Positions 54,820-63,668 of a stretch of 64,000 nt of DNA are shown here, piece by piece. The notes beneath the pieces are model-generated. The model did not search any database and was not told where the DNA came from. It saw nothing but the letters and a program-made list of their open reading frames with translations. The DNA comes from Collinsella sp. (GTDB taxonomy: Bacteria; Actinomycetota; Coriobacteriia; Coriobacteriales; Coriobacteriaceae): the NCBI GenBank assembly GCA_036303765.1, contig JAXIZX010000085.1:15540-79539 (forward strand). The letters are read 5' to 3'. The translations under genes were made by a program, and so were the position numbers. Position 1 is the first letter of the stretch. Each line of letters opens with the position of its first letter.

Positions 54820-55836
54820 ATGATGTTCAGGGATATCAACCAGTCCTCCACGATGGCTCGCTCGGCCTACCCCGACGGCAACGGCGAGCTCACCGATTTC
54901 AGCCTGTTCGCGACCAAGTACGACGCGGGCAAGCCCTCCATCGCCACCGACGGCCTGCCCTCCGAGCTCTCCTATCAGGTCAGGACCGCCATCCGCCGCA
55001 CGGTAGACGAGCTCGGCATCAACGTGCCGGAGGCGGCCGTCGTGCTGAAATACCCGATCCACTTCTACTACTCGGACGCGAGCGCGGAGCTCACCGGGGT
55101 GCTCGCCCTGCCCGGCGCGGTGGCGATCCTCGCACTCGACGGGTTCATTCCCAAAGAACAGCTCGCCGCGCCCGTCATCGGCGATATCTCCAGGCTGCGC
55201 GAGGTAGCGGATGAGCTGCGCCGCCGCGGAGGCCTCGAGCCGCTTCCCGTTCGGGAAACTATCTATACGCACACCGTTCCCGAGGGTACATTCGTAGCAA
55301 ATCAACGCCCCGCCGCCCACCGCGCGACGGGCAGGAAGAAAGGTACCGCCATGGACCAGGAAAAGTACGACAACGAGGTCAGCATCAAGTTTCCCGCAAA
55401 GTGGTGCAGCGTCACCAACGCGCAGGGCGAGGACATCGTGATCACGAACGGCACGAAGACCGAGACCTGGCCTGCCGTCCTCTGCACCATCCCCACGGGG
55501 ACGGACATGAACGGCATCGACATCTCCGGCTACAAGTTCAAGACCTTCCGCAAGCCCTGGACCGAGTCCGATATCGCCAACGGCAAGGGCACCACCGTCA
55601 CCGTCAAGAAGGACATGCCCGTCCATCTGTTCAAGTATGACGAGAACGACCAGCTCAAGACCCTCGACGTCGACCCGTTTGAGCTGACCAAGGCCGTCAA
55701 GGCCGCGCGCGAGGCCTACAAGGCCAAGATGAGCGCCGAGGCACCCAACCCGCAGTCCCAGGCCGCCGCGGCAGTCGCCGCGGCCCACGGTACCGCCGAG
55801 CAGGGCACCGAGGCCACGCAGGCCGCCAAGCTCTAG
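54820..55836 (+). CDS. ComM/YifB N-terminal-domain-like ORF running in frame into a second gene that probably starts at 55351
   Basis: GKPSIATDGLP...RTAIRR...LALPGAVAILALDGFI...IGDIS; internal box, -10 hexamer and RBS before MDQEKY at 55351. Confidence 0.6.
   Translation: MMFRDINQSSTMARSAYPDGNGELTDFSLFATKYDAGKPSIATDGLPSELSYQVRTAIRRTVDELGINVPEAAVVLKYPIHFYYSDASAELTGVLALPGAVAILALDGFIPKEQLAAPVIGDISRLREVADELRRRGGLEPLPVRETIYTHTVPEGTFVANQRPAAHRATGRKKGTAMDQEKYDNEVSIKFPAKWCSVTNAQGEDIVITNGTKTETWPAVLCTIPTGTDMNGIDISGYKFKTFRKPWTESDIANGKGTTVTVKKDMPVHLFKYDENDQLKTLDVDPFELTKAVKAAREAYKAKMSAEAPNPQSQAAAAVAAAHGTAEQGTEATQAAKL
55244..55257 (+). promoter_or_regulatory. TTCCCGTTCGGGAA box
   Basis: 29 bp before TACATT (55287). 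Confidence 0.7.
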
Positions 55837-55884
55837 CAGATCGCCGAGCATAAGCGCTTCCGCGAGCGGGCGGTCCGCGAGCTC

Positions 55885-56415
55885 ATGGTCCCCGTCCTGT
55901 CTGAGTGGGGATCGATCTACAACGTCCGCACCGGCGAAACTTTCATCCTCGACTCAAATTGCGAGGGCAAGCTATACGGGTTCTACTGTACGGAAACCCC
56001 GCTCGCCACCCTGGTCGATGAGGGCGAGGACGGCATCCCCTACGACGCGGCGCTGTACGCCATCGAGACCTGTGGTGCAGATATGCAGCATTTAGATGCC
56101 CTTCCCGGCAGCGAGTTGCCCGATCCCCTGGCCATCGAGGCCCCGGTCGCGAACGATGATTTCGTCGGGGCGATCGATACCGTCCTGTGCTACATGGAAC
56201 AAACGGCCATCGACCTCGAGCTCCGCGACGACCTGTTCGACCTTTCGGGATGGACTCTCGCGGACGGCAAGAGCATCGCCGCGACCTGCTCGCGGCTGGG
56301 AATCGATGCCTCGCCGAAGCTGCATACCGACCCGGCAAGCGTCGCCGACGCCGTGAAACGCGCCGCGGATGCCTGCACTCCGGATGCGATGCAGACCCGC
56401 ACCGCCCATCTCTGA
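55885..56415 (+). CDS. hypothetical protein, 5'-shortened paralog of 56444-57193
   Basis: shared YN..G..F, GWTL...SI..TC..LG.D and DPASVA motifs. Confidence 0.65.
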   Translation: MVPVLSEWGSIYNVRTGETFILDSNCEGKLYGFYCTETPLATLVDEGEDGIPYDAALYAIETCGADMQHLDALPGSELPDPLAIEAPVANDDFVGAIDTVLCYMEQTAIDLELRDDLFDLSGWTLADGKSIAATCSRLGIDASPKLHTDPASVADAVKRAADACTPDAMQTRTAHL

Positions 56416-56443
56416 TGTTCGAGACCACTGGGAACGATGGCAT

Positions 56444-57193
56444 ATGAAAAGCTATATCGAACCGCTGAACGCCGCCGAGGCCCTGGACGTGCTCGACCTC
56501 TACGGGGTCGATACGCCCGGCGCCTTCCTATCGGGCGAGCATGAGGGCTGCGTCGAGGTCGAGCTGTCCGGCCATACGGTCCTCCTCGAGACGCCGGATA
56601 GCGTCAAGACGCTGTTCGGCCATGATGCCGCGGCAGCGCTGCGCCACCACGCGAACTTCCGCAAGGATGCGGCCGAGATCATGGGTCGAGCGCTCGACCT
56701 CGACGATTCCCTCTACAACATCTACAGCGGCACGGCGTTCATCCCGGACACGGCACCGGACGGCGAGTTCTTCGGGTTCCATGTCGCCAGCATCTCACTG
56801 ACGGACCTCCTCGAGGAGGATATCGACCCGCTCTCGCCGGACGTCTGCGATCACGGCCTCGATTTCATCGCCGAGACCATTGAGGGAGCCGACGCCGGGG
56901 ACTTCGAACCCTGTGCCGAGGTCGACGATGAAAAGTTCCTTACCTCGGTCGATTGGGCACTGTACGACATCGAGTGCAGCGTCCTCGCGACGCTCGGAGC
57001 CGGATGCAGCCCGGAGCTCGCAGGGTGGACGCTCGGAAACGCCGACAGCATCACCGAGACGTGCGCCATGCTCGGGGTCGACATGTCCACGGTCCAGGCG
57101 CCCGACGATCCCGCGAGCGTCGCCGCGGCGGCCAAGGCGGCCGCGAAGTCCGGCGGTACGGCCGACGAGCCGAGCGCCGGCATCAAGCTCTGA
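56444..57193 (+). CDS. acidic hypothetical protein with Ala-rich tail
   Basis: ends DPASVAAAAKAAAKSGGTADEPSAGIKL. Confidence 0.75.
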   Translation: MKSYIEPLNAAEALDVLDLYGVDTPGAFLSGEHEGCVEVELSGHTVLLETPDSVKTLFGHDAAAALRHHANFRKDAAEIMGRALDLDDSLYNIYSGTAFIPDTAPDGEFFGFHVASISLTDLLEEDIDPLSPDVCDHGLDFIAETIEGADAGDFEPCAEVDDEKFLTSVDWALYDIECSVLATLGAGCSPELAGWTLGNADSITETCAMLGVDMSTVQAPDDPASVAAAAKAAAKSGGTADEPSAGIKL

Positions 57194-57224
57194 TCTTCCC
57201 GACCCGCCGACGGAGGCGAAACCG

Positions 57225-58283
57225 ATGAATTTCCCGAACGAGGTATACTGCTCCATCCTCATCGGCCCGCGCGACCTGGGCAACGTGATCGACGGCAAGA
57301 ACTCCATCGACCCCAGGGAACTCACCGTCCTGCCAGACGAGTTCCACCCGCTCAGCTGGGGAGTCGTCGCGGACGACATGATGGAGTTCGCATCAGCCAG
57401 ACGCGCGGCGCGCGAGGACGGCATCGCCGGGCCCGGTTGGACCGAGCACCTGAATGACGGGCTCTCGGGACTCGTCAAGGTCCTGAGGGGCCATAGCGGG
57501 TGGAGCCCCGAGCACCCCTTCGATGCGAACGCCTTCCCGGTCGGGGACGGACCCCGCGACGATAGGCTCGTCTGCCGCGACCTCGACGCGTTCGCGGACG
57601 CAGGCGAGCTCGCCGAGGAGAACGCCAGGCTTTACGGCGCAACGTCGGTAGCCGACTTCGTCGAGACCGTGTGGGGCTGCACCAGCCTGGAGCCCGTGAA
57701 GGCCAGGCACTTCGGCGTGAGCGGCTTCCGGGGGCTCGAGTTCTCGTTTAGGGACGGCGCCGAAACACGCATGCGCGCGTGGCAGTTCGACGCCTGCCCG
57801 AAGGTCGCCGCGGCGCTCGCCGCCGCGCTCACCTACCGGTGCGAGAAGGGCTTCTACATGGAGGCCAGATGCGCCGGCGATCAGGGCGGCGTGTGGGGCC
57901 TGAGCTTCGACAGGAAGGAGCGCGGGGCGTATGCGGTCGCCAGGTTCCATCCGGAACGCGCGACTTACGACCCCCATGGCCGGGAAGTCGTCTCAAGATG
58001 CCCGATCCTGCTAGAGCAGGATGCCAACGGGAACATCGCCTTCCGGCACCCCGGCACGGTGCCGGACCGGCTGATCGACAACTTCATCCCCTCGATGAAG
58101 CGCTGCGACGTCGCCGGCGGCGGGCCGACCTGCAAGACCGAGCGCGGTCCCGAAGGCGCCGCGATGCGCGCGTCCAGACCCGGAGGTGTCATTATCAGCT
58201 CCCCGGCGCTCGTCGAGCGGGCCCAGGCGGCGGCACTGGCCACGGCCCGCGGGGCGACCACCGCGGCCGGTAACCGGTTGTGA
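57225..58283 (+). CDS. hypothetical protein with Ala-rich tail
   Basis: GGAGG RBS before MNFPNEV. Confidence 0.7.
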   Translation: MNFPNEVYCSILIGPRDLGNVIDGKNSIDPRELTVLPDEFHPLSWGVVADDMMEFASARRAAREDGIAGPGWTEHLNDGLSGLVKVLRGHSGWSPEHPFDANAFPVGDGPRDDRLVCRDLDAFADAGELAEENARLYGATSVADFVETVWGCTSLEPVKARHFGVSGFRGLEFSFRDGAETRMRAWQFDACPKVAAALAAALTYRCEKGFYMEARCAGDQGGVWGLSFDRKERGAYAVARFHPERATYDPHGREVVSRCPILLEQDANGNIAFRHPGTVPDRLIDNFIPSMKRCDVAGGGPTCKTERGPEGAAMRASRPGGVIISSPALVERAQAAALATARGATTAAGNRL

Positions 58284-58351
58284 CCGGTCTGGACAACGGG
58301 CCGCGCGGGGCGGTCCCACACGAATAACGATTCCCATCCATTGGAGCCACC

Positions 58352-59398
58352 ATGAGCACCTATAAAGAGCAGGATATCGAGAACCTGCTGGCACACCTGC
58401 GCGAGGGCGTCGCGCCCGATTCCGTCTCGGCGCTCGTCGACGACGTACAGATCGAGTGCGACGGCGCGAAGGAAGGCGAGTCGGTCTGGATGCACCTGGT
58501 CCTTCCCGGGGCGCGCTACGGCAAGGACGACATGGTCACATACGACCCGTACGAAACCCACCTCGAACGCTCCCTGTCCTGTTCCGGCGGGCTGCCCATG
58601 GTCGAGTTCTACCTGCATCGCGGCGACGACCGCCCCGATGCGGCGCGCAACATCAAGGATATGGAGCCCCTGCCGTATCTCATCGGCCGCTACTACATGA
58701 AGACGCTGCTGGCCGACCACCGGGGATTCGGTATCCTGCTCCAGGACACGCCGCACCTGGGCCTTCCGGCCGATACCGTGCTCGACGTCCAGGATGCGCT
58801 CGCCGAGACCGCGAGGGCCTACGCCGCCGGATGCGATTTCGAGATCGATGCCGCCGATGCCGACATCGCGCGCTGCATCGCAAGCGGCGGATACCGCGGC
58901 GGCGCCAAGGTCGCCGCTGTCTACGTGCCCGTGGGCGACCTGCCGCGAGAGACGACGGTCTTTCCCGACATGGACCGCGCCCTGGCCTCCATCGGGATCG
59001 ACCGCCCCGAGACCGAGACCCTGGCCGAGTATGGGGGCGTCACCGTGAAACTGCTGCGCGCAGGCGACGAGGAAGGGTCCGCGCTCAAACCGAACCGGAC
59101 CCTGTGCCGCGACGGCGAGACCGAAATCATCCGCGGCGGCTTCCTCGTCGTCGCGACGGGCCGGGACGGCGGGCTCGTCGACCTGCCCGGGTGGGCGATC
59201 GAGAGCGCCAAGGAGCGCTTCGCCGACCCCTCGTCGGGCCCCTTCCGGGCAACCGCCGAGCTCGCGAGGGAGGTGCGCCGCACCCTCGGCGAGCAGATCG
59301 AGCGGGCGGGGCGGACGCCCTCCGACATCGCCGCGCTGGTGTCGCAGCTCGCCGCGAAGCCGGGAGGGGACGGCGGGCCGGACGGGAAGCACATCTGA
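58352..59398 (+). CDS. hypothetical protein with DUF3846-like C-terminal domain
   Basis: DEEG..LKPNR...IIRGGFLVV...LVDL...ERF. Confidence 0.7.
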   Translation: MSTYKEQDIENLLAHLREGVAPDSVSALVDDVQIECDGAKEGESVWMHLVLPGARYGKDDMVTYDPYETHLERSLSCSGGLPMVEFYLHRGDDRPDAARNIKDMEPLPYLIGRYYMKTLLADHRGFGILLQDTPHLGLPADTVLDVQDALAETARAYAAGCDFEIDAADADIARCIASGGYRGGAKVAAVYVPVGDLPRETTVFPDMDRALASIGIDRPETETLAEYGGVTVKLLRAGDEEGSALKPNRTLCRDGETEIIRGGFLVVATGRDGGLVDLPGWAIESAKERFADPSSGPFRATAELAREVRRTLGEQIERAGRTPSDIAALVSQLAAKPGGDGGPDGKHI

Positions 59399-59666
59399 AA
59401 AAAATCGGGCCCGGCGCGGCGGCGATGTATATATTCGGGCTTGCACGGGTATCAATTTTGCAATCAGGCCGCAGCCAGCTACCCAATCGTCACCCAAACG
59501 CATCGCGCGGCCTGGTGCGCGGGAGCGCGCGGCGGCAGAATCCGGACCGCAGGCCCGAGTTTCGACCGCCCCGCCGCCGCATCCGCCAGAAAAGGCATCC
59601 GATGCCGGCATATGCTGGGGCGTGCGCCATACGTGAGAAAAACAGGACATCGGCAGGGGGAACAGC

Positions 59667-59939
59667 ATGCACCGGGGCTCCGATAGCGAACGACACGACA
59701 GGACCGAGTCGCAACGCCAACGCGACCGCGACTACGCCAAGGAGCTGTGCGCATCGCGCCTGGCCTTCACGCTGTCGAGGACCGGCACGTCGAAAGAGGA
59801 CTACTGCCGCGCCGTCGGCATCTCGAGCTCGACGCTCTCGCGCATCCTCAACAGGCAGACGCTTATGTCGACCTCGACGCTGATCGAGACCGCGAGGTAT
59901 TTCGAGGACACGAGCGTGTCCTGGTTTTTAGGACTGTAG
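59667..59939 (+). CDS. XRE-family HTH protein
   Basis: YCRAVGISSSTLSRILN...VSWFLGL. Confidence 0.8.
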   Translation: MHRGSDSERHDRTESQRQRDRDYAKELCASRLAFTLSRTGTSKEDYCRAVGISSSTLSRILNRQTLMSTSTLIETARYFEDTSVSWFLGL

Positions 59940-59947
59940 GAGGACAA

Positions 59948-60343
59948 TTGAACCCCATCGATATGATCAAACGTTCCGATTTCGAGCCGTTTGAGCTGAG
60001 GCGCATCGCGTTCGCAGCCATCTTGACCGCATTGCCGCCGGCCATCTTCCAGTTCCAGCGCGCCGCGTCGGTCGTCCTGTCCTGCCCGACAGGCTACTAC
60101 TCGCCGGCGTCGGCAGCATGGTTTCTGACCCGGGGGTGCCTGGGCGCCGTTTGGGTCCCGATCGCACTGCTGGTCGCCGCCACCATCGCCTGCAAGGCCC
60201 AGAGGCGCCTGCTCGACCTCGGCATCGCCGCGGTCCTCCTCGCCCTCTCGGTGCGCAGCGCCATCCTCCTCGACGCGTATTCCATCGGCTACCTCGCCAT
60301 CGCTTTCGCCTGTTTCGCCCTCGCCGGGCTCAAGGAGGAGTAG
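59948..60343 (+). CDS. membrane protein (about 4 TM)
   Basis: GGAGG RBS and TTG start; hydrophobic. Confidence 0.6.
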   Translation: MNPIDMIKRSDFEPFELRRIAFAAILTALPPAIFQFQRAASVVLSCPTGYYSPASAAWFLTRGCLGAVWVPIALLVAATIACKAQRRLLDLGIAAVLLALSVRSAILLDAYSIGYLAIAFACFALAGLKEE

Positions 60344-60349
60344 ATCGCT

Positions 60350-63298
60350 TTGAACACCTCGCCACGAACCAACATCGTCCCGGGTCGAAACGGGAATGAC
60401 GAGAAGACCGGGCCCCTCCAGGTGCCGATCACGCGTCGCGGCGTCTTCGCCGCCCTCGCCTGCGCGGCCGGGTTGGCCCTGCTCGGGCCCGCCCGGAAGG
60501 CCGAAGCCCTCGCCGGTATGAACTTCAACCTCGGCCAGGGCTGGTTCGGAGCCGCCAACGACTCGATGCTCGTCCACCTTGACCCACGCCAGGGCGAGGG
60601 GGACATGTACTTCGGCTTCGCCAACAGCTACCATGAATGGCTCGCCGCCGCCCCCGCCAACACCAGCTACTATATAAATCATTACGGGCAATGGCTGAGG
60701 TACGCCTTCGCGTGCGTCTTCGAGTGCAACTACGCCAACGAGCTCTACACACTCGTGGTGGTCAGGCCGTTCGCATGGTGCTCCAGCAAGGACCTGCAGA
60801 ATGGCAGGGGCCTTTGGGTCGATACCATCTCCGTGGGCGGCGACAACAAGGGCTACGTCTACCTCGACGGCGCCGAGCTCGCAGGCTCCCGTTTCGCCGG
60901 CGACCTCAGGAACCAGATCGGCTACCCCTATTACGACTGGATCTCATACGGCTTCTACGACTTCAACGACTTCCAGGGGTCCACGTACTGGGGGTCCACC
61001 CGCCCGTCCTTCTGGGTCAAGAGGCAAAAGGGCGAGGCGCGCCACAGCGTGTGGAGCAAGCTCCAGGTCTACAACGTGGATTACAATCACTTCGGGGTAT
61101 ACGACAACGTCATCAAAGAATCCGACGCCCCGAACTACTGGTTTCTGAGCCAGACCACCCCTTCCCGCGATTTCAGGGTCGAGAAGATCTACATCCGCAA
61201 CGACGTGGCCCTCTACGGCGGCATCTTCTACATCAGGCCCGTCATGGCGCCGGACATCCAGCTCGACCTCCTCCAGGGCCAGTACAGCGGCGGCAAGCCG
61301 CTCGCGCAGTACGGCAACGGCGCCTCCGTGGGCCTCTGGGAGGACTACCGCAGCGTCAACCAGACCTGGATGCTCAAGCCGTACACCAACGACGGCGTCG
61401 ACACCTTCACGTTCGCCATCGCCAACATGGTGGGCCCGAACCTGACGCACATGCTGAACAACAGCGGCCACGCCGCGCCTGTGGTCGACCACGGAGTCGT
61501 CCAGAACAGCCATGCCGACATCTGGGACATCAACGACGCTGACGGCCGGAGCAAGGCCTGGTGGGTCCACCACGAGCCCGACGACTCCAACGAGACCGAC
61601 CACTCCTGTTACTTCATCACCTCGGATGCCGACGGCCTGCGCCTCGACACAGACGGGGTCACCTCGAACTCGGGCGTCAGCGTCTCGGTCCAGTCTGCGG
61701 CGTGCCCCGGGCGCTGGGCCATCCAGAAGAATGCCCAGTGGAACCTCGTCGAGGCGCGCATTGAGGGCAAGGTCTCGGTCCATTGCGACGAGGGCATGCT
61801 CAAGATCGGCGACAAGGCGAAGATCTGCGGGTGGCACAACACGGACCCGGACGACCCGGATGCGGGAATCAAGCCCGCCGGCTGGGTCTTGGGATGCAAG
61901 AACGAATCGGACCTGCCGGTCAGGCCGATCTTCAGGCTCTACATGTCCGACGTCGCCGACGACCTTCCCGAGGACGATGCCGCCATCTTCGCCCAGTGCG
62001 GCGTGGCCACATGGGGATGGCAGCAGGAATCGCTCGCGCACCGCCATATCGGCTACCCCCACGGCGGCCACTCGATCTACGGCCTCGCCCTCAGACTCGA
62101 AGGCTCCGCCTTCCCGGGATCGATCCGCTACGCGGCGCAGCGCTACAGCGGCGGCGAGTGGGTCGAGGGCGCCGACGGCGCGCGCATCCTCGACTCCGAG
62201 TCGGATATCCTGGGCAGGGTAAAGGTCTGGCTGACCGGCGAGATCGCGGACCACTACGACCTCGAGATCAGGACCAAGCTGCTCAACGGGAGCGGCGAGT
62301 GGTCCGACCCGGTCTACGTCAACTGCTCCGCCTCCTCGCCGCTCGACATCGGCTCCGCCCCCGCCGTCGGCATCGAGCCGGACGGCGCCGACGGCAACAA
62401 GATCTGCGGCATGAATATCCATCTCGTGCGCAAGCCGCAGGGCGGCCGCGTCGTCAGGGAGTTCTCAAAGAGCGAGGACCTGACCGTAGACGCGTCCTGG
62501 GGACCGGGATACCTCTCCGTCGCCGCCATGCTCGGCATCCGGACCGTCGGCAAAACGGACCGCTACGTCTGGACCGACCGCTATCTCGGCACCCTCGTCT
62601 CCCGCGGCGTGCCGGTGGTCACGACGTGCGTCGAGTACTACGCCGACGGCGTCGAGCAGAAGGACATGGTGTACCGCGACCTCGACGTCGAGGGCGGAGA
62701 CGTCTACACCCCCGTCGACATCGCGACGCAGAAGGCCCTGAAGGACACCTGCAACCTCAACGGGCAATACGGACAGAACCCCTCGACGGGCTTCTCGGGC
62801 TGGTTCCTCGACCCCGAGCTCACCCAGCCCGCGGCGGGCGTCACCATCGTCAAGGACCAGACGCTCAAGCTCTACGGACGCAACCGCTGCACCGTGCGCA
62901 TCGAGTACGCCGAGGGGTCGCTCAGGCCCGAGGACGGCGGCATCTACCGCACCGCGCCGCTCGCGTACAAGCCCGATGCCCGCTCCAGTTTCGAGTTGCC
63001 CGATTTCTCGCAGTCGCCGGAAAAGCACAGGCTCGACGGCCTGGCGCTCGCGGCCATCGGCGACGACGGGCAGGGGCACAAGGCGCTCTACTGGGGCGAG
63101 AGCGTCACGCCGGTGAAACCCGGCGAGGTGTTTGCCATGATCGCCGACGAGACATGGCGCAGATACGTCCCGGAATGCTGGATGACCTCGGCAGACGGCA
63201 CCGAGAAGGTAACCTCCGTCACCGCGAAGCGCGACGTCACGCTCTACATCAAGTGGACCGAGGCGAAGGCCGAGGGCGTCGCGAGTAGCAAGGGCTGA
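60350..63298 (+). CDS. large exported multidomain protein (ricin-like lectin, hydrophobic-W and InlB B-repeat-like domains)
   Basis: TRRGVF twin-Arg-like signal; LWE..SVNQTW and NAQW; TWGWQ..GSIRY..VWLTGEIADHYD; FSGWF.D..LT and DVTLYIKW. Confidence 0.75.
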   Translation: MNTSPRTNIVPGRNGNDEKTGPLQVPITRRGVFAALACAAGLALLGPARKAEALAGMNFNLGQGWFGAANDSMLVHLDPRQGEGDMYFGFANSYHEWLAAAPANTSYYINHYGQWLRYAFACVFECNYANELYTLVVVRPFAWCSSKDLQNGRGLWVDTISVGGDNKGYVYLDGAELAGSRFAGDLRNQIGYPYYDWISYGFYDFNDFQGSTYWGSTRPSFWVKRQKGEARHSVWSKLQVYNVDYNHFGVYDNVIKESDAPNYWFLSQTTPSRDFRVEKIYIRNDVALYGGIFYIRPVMAPDIQLDLLQGQYSGGKPLAQYGNGASVGLWEDYRSVNQTWMLKPYTNDGVDTFTFAIANMVGPNLTHMLNNSGHAAPVVDHGVVQNSHADIWDINDADGRSKAWWVHHEPDDSNETDHSCYFITSDADGLRLDTDGVTSNSGVSVSVQSAACPGRWAIQKNAQWNLVEARIEGKVSVHCDEGMLKIGDKAKICGWHNTDPDDPDAGIKPAGWVLGCKNESDLPVRPIFRLYMSDVADDLPEDDAAIFAQCGVATWGWQQESLAHRHIGYPHGGHSIYGLALRLEGSAFPGSIRYAAQRYSGGEWVEGADGARILDSESDILGRVKVWLTGEIADHYDLEIRTKLLNGSGEWSDPVYVNCSASSPLDIGSAPAVGIEPDGADGNKICGMNIHLVRKPQGGRVVREFSKSEDLTVDASWGPGYLSVAAMLGIRTVGKTDRYVWTDRYLGTLVSRGVPVVTTCVEYYADGVEQKDMVYRDLDVEGGDVYTPVDIATQKALKDTCNLNGQYGQNPSTGFSGWFLDPELTQPAAGVTIVKDQTLKLYGRNRCTVRIEYAEGSLRPEDGGIYRTAPLAYKPDARSSFELPDFSQSPEKHRLDGLALAAIGDDGQGHKALYWGESVTPVKPGEVFAMIADETWRRYVPECWMTSADGTEKVTSVTAKRDVTLYIKWTEAKAEGVASSKG

Positions 63299-63668
63299 GC
63301 GCTGACCATGCCGTGCGGAGCGGCCGCGTACACGATGGGAACACATTTCCACTTACGAAGTGTCTACGATGTTCCGCCAAGGGGTATAGTCAAAGCAACG
63401 CCGTCACTCCTTCCGATAAACTATGTCACGGCGACCCGGCCGACCCACCATCCGATCCAGTCGGCCCCATATGCAATGGCGGACTCCCTTATATGCCGTC
63501 ATTCTCCCCATCGGCGGCCGGCCCTCACCGGCCGCCATCCTTTTGCGGATATTCCCACCGCACGCTATCTGCGTTTTCGGTGCCCCGTTCCCACTTTTGG
63601 GAGCGGGGTTCTTCTTTTCGCCGCAAAGGCGTATGCTCCCGGTCGAATATCTACCCCTTGGAGTCACC

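Noticed and set aside
54790..59398. C-termini AKL/AHL/IKL/NRL resemble the eukaryotic peroxisomal PTS1 signal
   Set aside because: There is no plausible context; they are treated as part of the longer bacterial tail motif.
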